Shown: positions 48,890 through 60,846, counted from the stretch's first letter. The stretch: 64,000 nt of DNA from Sphyrna mokarran (GCA_024679065.1 JAGIQG010000003.1:19530001-19594000); one strand, 5' to 3'. The notes: generated by a model not told the origin, from the sequence alone. Made by a program: numbers and translations.

Positions 48890-48935
48890 AATAAAGCAAA
48901 TTGAACAACATATATTTTTAGTTTTGTTTTTTGTT
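48890..48935 (+). promoter_or_regulatory. Probable polyadenylation signal of ZBTB38
   Basis: AATAAA at 48890-48895 followed by a U/GU-rich tract at about 48913-48935, ending about 1 kb of repeat-free AT-rich sequence after the stop codon. Confidence 0.6.
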
Positions 48936-49246
48936 GCAAAATACGTGACATTCTGATTTATCTTCTGTGCTTTATCTTCAATGTATGGCACAATCTAGAT
49001 GAGCTGTAATGGCAGCAGATAAATCTTCCTGACGTGTAGTGATGTCTCATTTTCGTGACAGCTGTTCCTACACAAAGTAATCCTTTTTAATATTGATATG
49101 CTTGAATTATATTGATGAATTTCCAGCATTTCTATTCAAGGTAGAAGCGTGTGTAATTTATGTTGGAAATATTTCTGTTCTATCCATTTTTTAAAATATA
49201 TCCTCTTTTTTTTTCTTTTCAGCAGCAGTTGCCTGTAATTATTTCA

Positions 49247-49560
49247 GTTTATTTATTAGTGTCACAATTAGACGTGCATTAACACTGCAAGTGCATTAAC
49301 ACTGCAATGAAGTTACTATGAAAACTCCCTAATCACCAAACTCTGGTACCTGTTGGGGGTGCACTGAGGGAGAATTTAACATGGCCAATGCCATCTAACC
49401 AGTACATCTCTCAAACTGTGGGAAGAAACGGGAATATCCGGAGGAAACCCTCACAGACACTGGGAGAATGTGCAGATTGCACACAGACAGTGACCCAAGC
49501 CAGGAATCGAACGTGGGTCCCTGGCGTACTGATGCAGCAGTGCTAACCACTGTGCCACCT
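49247..49560 (-). mobile_element. V-SINE (TAATAAA-type tail)
   Basis: Reverse-complemented head GGTGGCACAGTGGTTAGCACTGCTGC, B-box TTCGATTCC and V-core. Internal tandem duplication of GTGCATTAACACTGCAA. Confidence 0.85.
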
Positions 49561-50334
49561 TGCTTCACAAGAGCAACACCTGACCAAAAAAGGGACACAT
49601 TCAGACAGATGACCAAAAACCTACTGGACAATCGGGATTTTCAGAGCTTAGTGGCTATGGCAACCAATGATAGGACAAAGGACATTGTTGCAAAAAAGAC
49701 CAGGATTGGAGGGCCATAGTTATTGGAAGTTACAGAGATTAAGATAAAGATTCATTCTGCATCTTTAGTTTTTCAGGACTCGTATACACACCAATGAAAA
49801 GTAATTTACTAAATTTACTGTCTCCACATCAATCATTAAATTTTATGGGGCTCAAAACAGAACTCATTTAGCAAATGCTTATACCAAATGCTTACTTGGC
49901 TGTTATTTGTTCAATTTAAAGCATTTTAAAAAGTGGGCTGCAATTTAACTTTGCACTGAAACATATATGTCGTAATGCAAATTAGTTATTTTTAACATAT
50001 CACATAGTTTAATCTCTCAAAAGTAAAATTCTACCTTTACAGCATTCTAAAATTACTACAATCTTCAGTTGTGAGTTTTGTAATAAATGTAACATTTACT
50101 TAGGTTTGATCATTGTTTTCTTTTTAAAACGCAACCAACTATATTAATCAACCATATAAATGGCAACATATTCTCTCCTTTAGGAAACTATTGGAGAAAA
50201 TTCTCACTGCTAGAAGACTCACTGATTTCTAATTTCTTGGTTCATCTCTGTTGTCCTTCTTGAAAAGTGGAACCACGTTAGCTGCTCTCCTGTCCTCTGG
50301 CATTTCCCTGTGACCAGTGAGGAATTAAAAATTT

Positions 50335-50630
50335 TTCCACTAGTAGGAAAAACTAGAACTAGAGAGCACAATCTTAGGCTAAGGAACTATCCTTCAAAAC
50401 AGAAATGAGGAGGCATCCATTCAGCCAGAGAGTGATGAATCTGTGGAACTCTGCCACAAAAAGCTGAGGAGGCCATGTGTCTTTAAGACAGAGATAAATA
50501 GGTTCTTGATTAATAAGGGGATCAGAGGTTATGGGGAAAAAGTAGGAGAATGGGGATGAGAAAAATATCAAGCATGATTGAATGGCAGAGCAGTCTTGAT
50601 GATTTTTATTCTGTTCCTATGTCTTATGGT
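50335..50630 (+). mobile_element. Old CR1 3' fragment
   Basis: AGAACTAGAGAGCACAATCT..CAGAGAGTGATGAATCTGTGGAACTCTGCCACA..CCTATGTCTTATG. Confidence 0.7.
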
Positions 50631-50643
50631 GTAGCCCTTAGTA

Positions 50644-50852
50644 TAGTAAGAAGTCACATAACTCCAGGTTACACTCCAACAGGAAGTTTATCTGGAAGCA
50701 CAAGCTTTTGGAGAATTCTTCCTTCTTCAATCGAGTATTCACCTGAAGAAGGGGCAATACTCCGAAAGCTTGTGCTAGCAAATAAACCTGTTGGACTTTA
50801 ACCTGGCAATGTGAAATTTCTTACTGTGCTTACCCCAGAACACACCACATCA
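50644..50852. mobile_element. Palindromic mini Penelope pLTR insert with hammerhead core
   Basis: Inverted halves AGTAAGAAGTCACA../..TGTGAAATTTCTTACT. CAC-CTGAAGA-A-GGGG(CAATA)CTCC-GAAA-GCTT-GTG at about 50740-50774. Flanking TAGCC(C)TTAGTA duplication. Confidence 0.8.
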
Positions 50853-52044
50853 TAGCCTTAGTAAGCAGAGCAGTTGATTTCTTCCCTGCCTTTCAGCCTC
50901 CACATCTTCTGCAGTGCTCCTTTGGAGATTTTTCACCGTCTTCCAGAAGTCTTCAGTTTTGCTGCTTTTTCAGGTCAGACTTGCAAAAAAGGACAAAGAT
51001 GTTTTTAAAGTTGAATTTAGGAGGCCTTTGCCATTGCTGTCATGTTGTATGCTGGTTTTGATAGGCTAAGGAATAGTTGCAGATATTTGGTCAGGGTCTC
51101 GAGGCCCAGTCAGGCTGTGTCTGGAGGATGTAGTGGGCCATTTAAATTGATATTTATTTAAGTGGGAGCATTCTATCCCACTGGCTGGGAGGGGCCATAA
51201 AGTCCTGATCAGGGATATCTGAACAATAAATGTTCATTGAATGAATATAACTATTTACAGACAGACCAGACTAGCTATTACTCTGTCTAAGCTAAGAAAC
51301 CTTTCCCTCCTTGACTCCTGGTCATGTGACTCTCAGGCATCAACACGTGAACGGTACTGCTCCCTCATCCCACAAGCCAACTCTTTCAGTCCTGAACACT
51401 CCAATACCACAGCTACCACCTGCAAGATACTGGAGGTAATAAACGATTCCATACCAGCAATCAGGGCCCATAGTTGATGCAGGTTTCCAAAGGAATTGTG
51501 AAAACTGAAAAAAGTAGGAAACAAAGCAATTACTGAGGTATGCTCTGATGTGCAGGTATGCACAACACAATGCAGGCAGGCAAGAATAAATGCACAATGC
51601 TATGTAGCATCACCTTACTCAGATGGAAAGTAAATGGCAACACTTGTAGAGAAATGTGCAAATTAACCTGGAACAGATGACAGAATTTTGATTAATTGAC
51701 TGGCCTCTATTATAAGTTCAGGTTCTTGCCTGAACTAGCCTTGTGAATACAATGCTGCTTGTCATTGTAAATAGTCTAAATGCCTCATGTTTAGAACTGC
51801 CTGTACAATACATTATTTGAATGCTGGCATAACAGACAGTTGTAACAATAGCATCGCTTCATGCTCTGAACTTGATATCCCATGTTTGCATAGTTGTTTC
51901 AATCTCTGAGACAAACTGACAAAACACTCAGTGAGATAAGGAATGATATGAATCAGAGCAAGCGAACGTAAAAAATAGCAGATATGATCAGATTCACTTC
52001 GTTCAATTAGAATGACGTTTGTTAACATAACAATAGATAATTCA

Positions 52045-52192
52045 AAGATGTATAGGTTAGGTGGATTGGCCATGCTAAATTGTCCCTTTGTGTCAGGGGG
52101 ATTAACAGGATAAACATGGGCCTGGGTGGGATTGTTGTCACTGGAGGTTCAATGGGCCAAATGGCCTCCTTCTGCACTGTAGGTATTCTATA
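52045..52192 (+). mobile_element. V-SINE 3' half
   Basis: CAAAGATGTATAGGTTAGGTGGATTGGCCATGCTAAATTG...TGGCCTCCTTCTGCACTGTAGG. Confidence 0.8.
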
Positions 52193-52244
52193 GTCAACAT
52201 GTTGTATTTCCCCACTCACAATCCTTCACTCAAACAAAACAACA

Positions 52245-53184
52245 ACAAGGATTCTCCCTGCTGGCTGCACTGCTTGAGTAGCACAGTGGGCTGGGAAACA
52301 TCAGTGAGGGACTTCTATGGGAAATGACCGGCGTCTGGCTGATTGTGACTTTCCAAGACCCTTTTTTCTTCAGTGTAATCAGCTCCACACCAGAAATCGA
52401 TGTGGAGCTGATTACCATATGGAAATAGCAATTTCCATATGTTTAGCGGGTCTGCGACAGTATTCTCCAGTCCCGCTAGCATCTCCCTCCAGGAAAGGTT
52501 CCCACCAGCAGGGATAAAAACTGCTTTCAACGAACAGGGAACAGATATCCTCGCCCCACTGGTGGGAATAGAAGCCACTGGGGCCTCTATTCCCCAGTGG
52601 GGCGAGGATACCCTTCCCCCAAGTGACACTGCTCACCAGGCACTGAACTGTGCCAAAAAGGGGCAGGGCCAGAGAGGCAAGGCATACTGGGGATGGGACC
52701 TACATGGGTAGGTGATTGGTGGTGGGGGTGGAATTCACTGTAATTCTGCAATTGAATTGGTGGCGGATAGAATGAAGAGGCATTGAGGCTGACTATTGGG
52801 GGTGAGAATGTGGTGGTCGGGACTGGCCATTGGGGGGGTTATGGCTTAGGGTTAGCCAGCAGGGAGGGTCAGAGCTGGCCATGGGGTAAGTGGGGGGGGG
52901 AGAATGGGGCCTGAGAGAACGTTGAAAGGCCAGCAATCAGGAGGCCAGTGCCAATCTCCCCCCTGACAGATCAGCGAATGCGCAATGGCCCATGCAGCAC
53001 ACTGATGCCAGCCTCTCAAGTGGGATTAGTCCTGCTTCCCACTTTCCAGCGCCCTGAGGCACTCTGTGATGCACAAAGAGTTGGAGATTCATTCAGGTAA
53101 CTTTGCCCAAAAACACGGCGGGGAAATTCTCCCATTTTCCTGCTCATTGTGAACTTAGTTTTTTTTGGGGGAAGAATCCCAGCC
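52245..53184. mobile_element. GC-rich non-autonomous TIR element(s), probably Harbinger-type
   Basis: The right end CTTAGTTTTTTTGGGGGAAGAATCCCAGCC is the reverse complement of the termini at 29426 and 58905. Confidence 0.5.
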
Positions 53185-53336
53185 AACTTCTGATTTATAT
53201 TCTGCATTATAGCTGTTATGTATTGTAAAGCAATGCATTGCTGTGTAGTATGTCACAAGATTATGTGATGACGTAATCTCTTGGGAGATTTTCTCTTTCA
53301 TGATGTGCAGTATTGTGTGCGGTTTTGATGTCCTTA

Positions 53337-54147
53337 TCAGAAGAAGGATGTCCTTGCTATTGAGGGAGTACAGCGAAGGTTTACAAGGCTAATTGCTGGG
53401 ATGGCAGGTCTGTCACACGAGAAGAGATGAAGTCCGATGGGATTATTTTCACTGGAGTTTAGAAGAATGAGAGGCGATCTCATGGGATTGGACAGGATCA
53501 ATTCAGAAAGAATATTCCCAATGTTGAGGAGTCCAGAACTAGAAATCATAGTTTGAGAATAAGGGGTAAACCTTTTAGAACAAAGAACAAAACAGCACGG
53601 GAAACAGACCCTTTGGCCCAACGAGCCCGCGCCGCCACCCCGATGATCCCACCTCTACCAGTGATTCCTATCTATGTTTGTAGATCTATGGATTAAAAAC
53701 CAAATTTGAGACAATTTAGGGAGAATTTGTTTTGCCAATTAGCCTAAGAGCACATCTTTGGGATGTAGGAGGAAACCAGAGCACCGGAGGAAACCCACGC
53801 AAGCACGGGGAGAATGTGCAAACTCCCACAGACACAAGCCCAAATCCATGCATCTGTACAGCACAGCGATAGTCACTGAGCTGTCAATTGAGGTGAGAAG
53901 AAATTTCTTCACCAAGAGGATGGTGAATGTGTGGAATTCACTACCACAGAAAGTAGTTGAGGATAAATATTGTCTGATTTCAAGAAGAAATTAGATATAG
54001 CTCTTGGGACTAAAGGGATCAAGGGATATGGAGGGGGGAGGAGGAAAGGGGGGAATCACGACATTATGATGAATAGTCATGATCAAAATGAATGGCATAG
54101 CAGGCTCAAAAGGGCCGAATGGCCTACTCCTGCTTCTAGTTTCTATT
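53337..54147 (+). mobile_element. CR1 3' fragment inside the 5' LTR, itself split by a SINE
   Basis: AGGATGTCCTTGCTATTGAGGGAGTACAGCGAAGGTTTAC... resumes at 53886 with GAGGTGAGAAGAAATTTCTTCACC...GGGCCGAATGGCCTACTCCTGCT. Confidence 0.8.
53577..53885 (-). mobile_element. V-SINE variant (GACAGCTCAG head)
   Basis: Reverse complement matches the head, core and tail of 35192-35506. Confidence 0.8.
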
Positions 54148-55449
54148 TTTTATCCTGGACTATAAGCAAGCAATACCTATCTAATGAAGCTAATGTAAAT
54201 CAGCTCCACTAACTGGTTAGGTAACCCCCTGTGTGGCAACTATTAATTCTTTTATCTTTGCTGTTAACGTGAGGTGACCATATTAATATATAACAGGAAA
54301 AGACAAAATTGGCGACAGAGATGGTTTTCCAGTAAAAATAGTCAGAAGATCCAATTCAAACTTGGACTTCGAGTCAAGGATCGTTTTTTTAAGGAGACCA
54401 GTCCACCATCGATTGAAGTGTGGTAAATCTGACTGTTGGAAATGGGGGTGTGACCTTACCTGTCACTCATGCCATTTTCCCACTGCAGCAAGTTTGGAGA
54501 ATTTGGCGGGCAGCCAAATCTGTTAACTACAACGGGATGGGGAAATCCCACTGGTGTGAAACCCAGGATTCCCACCTGGGTTTTTAGCCTTTGCTAAGGG
54601 TGTAGATTAATTTTAAAATTGATGAAAAGCACTCTGCTCTATTCCCTGATTTTTTTTTTAACTCCACCACAGCCTTGGAAGAACTTGGAGAATTGGAGGC
54701 GGGGGGAGCAAAAAAATTTTAGTTTGCCTATCAATAGTAATACTCATCAGTTAACATAATCGGTGAGTTTAGGATCGTCTAGAAAATGAGCAAAATAGGA
54801 AAATAAGAGAGTGGACCTTGTAAAAACTAATTTACCAATCAAAGCTTCGTAATTTCTAGCTGTGCACCTTCACATGTGGTGGGCTGCAGTGTCAAGGTCT
54901 CAGACTAATTAAGAAAAATCTGCATTTGGAGAAGCAACTGCTCAAAAAGGAAAACAAGTAATTCAATAGTAACAAAAATTCAGCAGAATTAAGGCTAAAA
55001 TCTCAGGGTTTTAACATAGTTCAGTGCTTGCAAAATAATTCTTGAAAATACAATCCATCCAAGATTCTCAGCTGTGGCGCAATTTTACCAGTTCACTATG
55101 CCCAGCAATGGGCACCTATAAGTATTACACTACGAATGCTCCTCTGTGTCAAATTCAATGTTCCACTCCAGATATGACTCAAATGACCCACTAGGGAGCC
55201 ATTATCAAACAAAATTTATTTAAGAATGCAGTTCAACTATAATATGAAAAATCAGCAATAACTTTTACCAATTACAAAAAAATCCGTGATTATAGTATCA
55301 ATTTCAACACTTAAATGTACTATTCCAAACCAAACATCCCTACAAACATATACTCTGTTCTAGGCTTAGCACAGAAAGCAAGTATGCTCATGTGATGCTG
55401 GATCTTGCAGCTTTGCAAAACCTGCTGCGAATTAGTCCTTAGTCCTTGA

Positions 55450-55757
55450 TCGGCACAATGGTTATCACCGCTGTCTCACAGTGCCAGGGACCCGAGTTCA
55501 ATTCTAGCCTTGGATCACTGTCTGTGAGGAGTTTGTGGTTCTCCCTGTGTCTTCGTAGGTTTCCTCCAGGTGCTCTGGTTTCCTCCCACAATCCAAAGTT
55601 GTGCAGGTTAGGTAGATTGGCCATGCTCCCTTAGTGTCAGGAGGTCTAGCAGGGTCGATATGTGGGGTTATGACATTAGGGCTTAGGTGGAATTCAATGC
55701 AGACTGGATGGGCGGAATGGCCTTCTTCTGCACTGTAGGGATTCTATAATTCTATGA
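55450..55757 (+). mobile_element. V-SINE (HE1-like)
   Basis: GGCACAATGGTTATCAC head, V-core and GATTCTATAATTCTATG tail. Confidence 0.85.
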
Positions 55758-57974
55758 CTCGATATGGAATTGAAACGCTGAGGTTTTCCTCCCCAGGAGT
55801 TTTTAGCAGACTTCAAGAGACAGAGACAATGCTTGATTGTAGCTTCTAACTAACTAGCCACTGAGACCTGAATTTCCAATACTAGGGCGAGAGACAAGAA
55901 AGCTGCTTTCGCCTGTAATCCAAACAGCTTCCGCCAAAATGTAAGTGTCTCCTGAGAGAAAATAAAATTATCCAAAGGCACCTGACCTGCCGAATAATCA
56001 CCAGATTAAACAGTTCCCAAATTAAAGCAGCAATTTTCTTCAGTGTAATAGGATGAAAAAACTTCACTCTTCTACACAGTCCATCCTGCCAAACCCAGTA
56101 CAAAGACTCACAAGGAATTGACTAAAACCTTTGAAAAACATCGCAGCAAAGGGAATCAGATTTCATTGACAAAGCCAAGAAGAGGATGAAAATATTCACA
56201 ATTTGTAGCCATATTATTGAAGCTAGCAAAGAGTTGTGAGTTTGGTTTGAGCCTGGAAGACAATCAACGAGACACACTTGTTTGTGACTTCAACTTACAG
56301 ATGATTGCATAACACTAAATTCAGATCACTGTGTCCATGGAATTGGATGCTAAAGAAGCTTCCCAAATCAGAACTGGTGCCAAAACATCCAAGATGAACA
56401 CTGAGAAAAGAAAATCTTCCGACACGCAACATGCCATAGGTGTGCCCAGTGGAGCCTTCTCAACAGGATTGTCAAGGCAAGAAAACAAATGTTCTAATTG
56501 CAGCAAGAAAGGTCATATAATCAAGACGTGCTGGACCAGACAGAATTCTCACTTTGAAGAAGAGTAACTGCAAGAAAGCACCCAAATCTACACAAAAGGT
56601 CTACAGAATGACCAAAGACAATGAAGATTCCCAGGAAGAGACAATGTCAATGGAAATCGAAGAACTAGAATATGGTGTATTCTTGATGCAAGGTGATACA
56701 CAGAGATTTAGGGTCTATCCAAAACTGAATGGAAATGAAATTAAAATAAAAATGGAAACAAAATGCACTGTATCTTTTACCTTTGTCAACTTATATCAAC
56801 AAAACCTCAAGAACGTGCCATTATAACCGGAGAGTTTGTATGGAAGAGGTGGTTCTTGTGAAGAGTTCCATCATGGTGCAAGTGGAAACAAACGGTCAAT
56901 TTGAAAAATTGCCATTACATGCAACAAAAGGAAATTTTCCTGTACTATTGGCAAGCAATTAATCAATTAGTTGATGGAAAGAACACATTACAGAAACCCT
57001 TAGAAAAATACAGGAAGGTATTTGAAAATATTTTTGGGAAAATTACCTCAGTTAAGAAATGACCCAAGATAAAACCTGAAAACACCCTAAATGCTTAAAG
57101 GAAAGAACTGTGCCTTACATTACCAAACTAAAAGTTGAAATGAAACTTTAAAAATTAATCAATGATAAAATTTATAAAAAATATTTTTAAAAATGGCTGG
57201 ACTTTCTGAGGGTCAATAATTCAGTAAGAAAACTTGTCTGAAGCCTACCCCCAAATAAAGGGGGCAACTGAATTGCAATCATTGCTAATGATTGTTACTC
57301 ACAAAGGGCTGTTCATGGGCCAAAATGAACAGGAACATTTACAGAACTTAGGAGAAACACTAGAATGTCTGGAGAAACACTATCTTAGTGTGAAGAAAGA
57401 AAAATGCAAATTTTTTAGATCACGTGAGCTATCTAGGCCATGTAATTGGTAAAGATGGACTTCAGAAGGAACCTAAGAAAAATGAATTACTATGCCAATT
57501 TTAGATGTGCTGAGATCTGCGGACAGACATCAAACGAAGAAGTTTTGATCAAGGAAAAAGAGTTTTAGCAAGAAACTACTCTTCAAGTGAGAAATATGTA
57601 ACTGAATACCAGAAAAAAGAGGCCTATTTCCTATATGCTGCAAACCAATGAAGAGAGAGTTTGAAGGAAGCACAAGGATCAAATATTCACTCAAAAAGAG
57701 AATTTGCAGTCTGTATCTGAAAAGCCAACATCTGATACTCAAGGTTTAGAAATGCATGAACCAATGACCATGATTGAGTTGAGTTCTACACCAGCTGAAC
57801 CAACAGCACCTGTAGAAGCTGAAGAAGAACCAACTATATCAGATGATGTGCCTGAGCCAAGTGGTGAACAGTCCTCCGAGAATATGAAAACAAATGACAG
57901 ATTCTGCCTAAGCAGAACTAATACCCACCTAAAAGGTTCTCGTACTGATTGTATAAGTATCAAACTGTATATCA

Positions 57975-58140
57975 AAGAATCCCTACAGTGCAGAAGGCAG
58001 TCATTTGGTCCATCAAGCCTGCATCGACAACAATCCCACCCAGGTCTTATTCCCGTAGCCTCATATATTTATGCTGCTAATTCCCCTGACGCTAAGCAGC
58101 AATTTAGCATTGGAATTAACCTAACCTGCATATCTTTGGT
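57975..58140 (-). mobile_element. V-SINE 3' half
   Basis: AGAATCCCTACAGTGCAGAAGG...AACCTAACCTGCATATCTTTGG. Confidence 0.8.
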
Positions 58141-58312
58141 ATTTCATGAGACTCGGTAAAATAATTATTGATCATAGTAAGAGCTAAAGTTAATGTTAGT
58201 TGTTAAACTACCAGATTAAAGAGGGAGGAATACTATGTATTGCAAAATAATGCATCTCTATGTAGTGTCTTTCCCTTTTTTCCATTCTAGGCTGTAAGCA
58301 AGCAATACCTAT

Positions 58313-58590
58313 CAAAAGTCATAGTCTTAGGATAAAGAGATAGCAAATTTAAAACAGATTTGAGGAGAAACTGCTTCTCAGAAAGGGCTGTGAATCTGTG
58401 GAATTTGCTACCCCAAAAGTGGATGCTGGGACAGTAAGTAAATGTAAGAAAGAGTTAGACAGATCTTTAATTGGTAATGGGTTGAAGGGTCATCGGAGAA
58501 GGCAGGAAAATGGGGATGACGAACATATCAGACATGATTGAACGTTGGAACGAATTAGGCCAAATGCTCCAAAATTTCACAAACTTATGA
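58313..58590 (+). mobile_element. CR1 3' fragment inside the 3' LTR
   Basis: GTCATAGTCTTAGGATAA..GAGGAGAAACTGCTTCTC..GTGAATCTGTGGAATT. Confidence 0.7.
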
Positions 58591-59249
58591 ACTAACTAAT
58601 AATGCTCCATAAATTGGTTCAGTAACTCATTGTATTGCTGTTAAAGTGAGCTGATCACTTTAATATACACCAATAGCCTTCATACAAACTTTTCTGGACC
58701 TGGTTCGCAGCGTTTCATTTTTTTCTGTAATAATTCATGTTTATCAGGGACAAGGCTCGAAATTGTTGCATGCAATAAATTGCATGGAAAATATGTTGCA
58801 TATTTTGTTAAGCAAGGCCAGTGAGAAGTGGAAACCTCGCACCATAAGTTGGTAATGTGTCGTATGCTGTGAAAGACACAGCTGAATCCTATCAAAAAAC
58901 CTTATGGGAGCGATTTCCCCTCAAAAAATCTAAGTGTCCAACAGGTAGGAAAATGGGAGACACCCCGCACGATTGCCAGCCCCAAACCCACCATGTGGCC
59001 AACCCTGATTGCCTCCCAGAACAATCACCCACCACAATCCAGCCCGGGCTTGTTAATGTCATTCAAATGTCGATTTTAATATGATAATCAGCCTTCTGTT
59101 GTTGCCTGATACAAGGCTGATTATGCCATTAAAAAATCATGCCCAAAGAATCTCATTTAACAGGAAACCTTTTTAAAAATATCACAATTCAATGTTTGTA
59201 ATGAATAGTGAGACAGTGCGTACATAACCCTTTTGCTAATCCTTCAGTA

Positions 59250-59745
59250 TTCTACCTTCCGTAAACTTGAGATCACGCACAACTCTGCTACCCAAGTCTT
59301 AATTCAATCAAATGTAATTCCCTATTACTCCTTTGCCTGATGACTTACACTGGCTCCTAGTTAACTCCTCAATTTTAAAATTCTCATCATTGCTTTCAAA
59401 TCCTTTTATACTGGGTTTCCACCCTATCTCTGCAATCTCCCACAGCTTCTCCAATATATATCTGTACCCCTATATTTCTGGCCTCTTGATTTTATTCTTG
59501 CCACCATTTGTGGCTACTCCTTGAGCTATCTGGACGCTAAATTCTGGAGTATCCTCCCTAAATCCTCTGCCTCTCTCACTTTTCTCCTTTAAGACATTCT
59601 TTAAAACCTACACCGTGTAACCAAGTTTTTTGTCATTTATCCTAACATTGCTTATAGGACCCAGTGTCATAATTTGTTTTATAATGCTCCAATGTAATGC
59701 TATGGATCATGTGACCATGTCAAAAATGCTATAAAAATACAAGCT
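59250..59745 (+). mobile_element. Decayed L2-clade LINE 3' end
   Basis: GACTTACACTGGCTCC..TTTTAAAATTCTCATC (L2-type LHWL..FKIL) and a tail ending GCTATAAAAATACAAGCTG. Confidence 0.6.
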
Positions 59746-59869
59746 GTAGCTCAAAAACTGTACCAACTGTACTCAAAATCTGTTAGTATTGTGCATCTGT
59801 GGATTGATGGACTTTGAGAATGTTTTACGAAAGCGCATTTTCCATCTGAAATAAATGTAAAAACCTAAC

Positions 59870-60095
59870 GCACCATCTGAAGGAGAGCAGGAATTCTGCT
59901 AGTTCCTTGACTGACATTCCACCTACAACCAAAGTCATCATAAAACAAGTTATCAGGTATTCAACTAGCTAACTTGGCTGCCACAGTAACCCACATAACA
60001 AGAATGATTATACTTCAATTAAGGTCTGTTGTCAGTAAACTAATTTGGGTCAGTCTGAGGATACAATAAGACACTATACAAATGTGGCTTCATTC
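59870..60095 (+). mobile_element. Old Deu-domain-like SINE / L2-tailed SINE fragment
   Basis: TGAAGGAGAGCAGG.ATTCT..., TTGGCTGCC..., and a CTGAGG..AAGACACTATACAAATG tail. A related reverse piece lies at about 42390-42465. Confidence 0.45.
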
Positions 60096-60846
60096 TCTTA
60101 TATAAGTGAATCCCTAAGCCTTTTACTCATGTGAATCATCTGGCACAACAAGAGTAAGACAGAATTAAGTCATATCTTGGCTTACAGTAACTTAGATACA
60201 CATGATTTTCTCTGCGTTACTCATTACTTAGGTGCTCAAAGTGCAAAGTTCTTATGTATGCAGTAGTTTTTCTGAGAAAAATGAGTTACTGATGATCCAA
60301 TACTTTAAAGCTCAACAACGGCATCAGATTGTTAACGAACTTTTTAGTACTTGCTGCTTAAAGAAATTTCCGTCTTCGGTAAGGCAGCTGTGATCTGCTG
60401 TTTTCATGTCAACATGGTTGATTGGTTTCTTGACAGTACTTCTGTCCTGACAAATGTAAAGTAATAGTTATCATCTTCAAATTAAAGTACGAGAATTTGT
60501 TGGCTGAGACTCAATCTCTCAGTAATGTTTTACAGCATAGTCTTGGGTGTTAATTTTTATATATAGCACACATTCTCACTATCCTGGATTCTCACTATTC
60601 TTTGGCAGTTTTTACTAGCATAACAAAAAGAGATTGATGTTTTGTTTAGAACTAATTCTTCAAATAGATGAACACTTTTGGATGACTCTAGCACCATTGA
60701 ACTCAGTGTCAATATGAAATAAATGCATTAGCAAATTGTCATTCGAAACAGCATGAGAAATTATTTTTACCATTCCAGTCATTAACTATGAGGATTATTG
60801 ATGTCTGTTACAAAGTATTAAATATTTCTTCTAGTTATTTCATGAA

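Larger units (their letters stand above)
53214..58672 (+). mobile_element. Decayed Ty3/Gypsy LTR retrotransposon with both LTRs and nested insertions
   Basis: 5' LTR 53214-54295 (TGTTATGTATTG...TAACA) and 3' LTR about 58231-58672 share TAAGCAAGCAATACCTATC and TTGCTGTTAA.GTGAG. TSD ATAGC on both sides, PBS-like TGGCGAC at 54310 and PPT AAAGAGGGAGGAA. Gag zinc knuckle CSNCSKKGHIIKTC and RT remnant EHLQNL..LE...L..KKEKCKFF. Confidence 0.85.
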
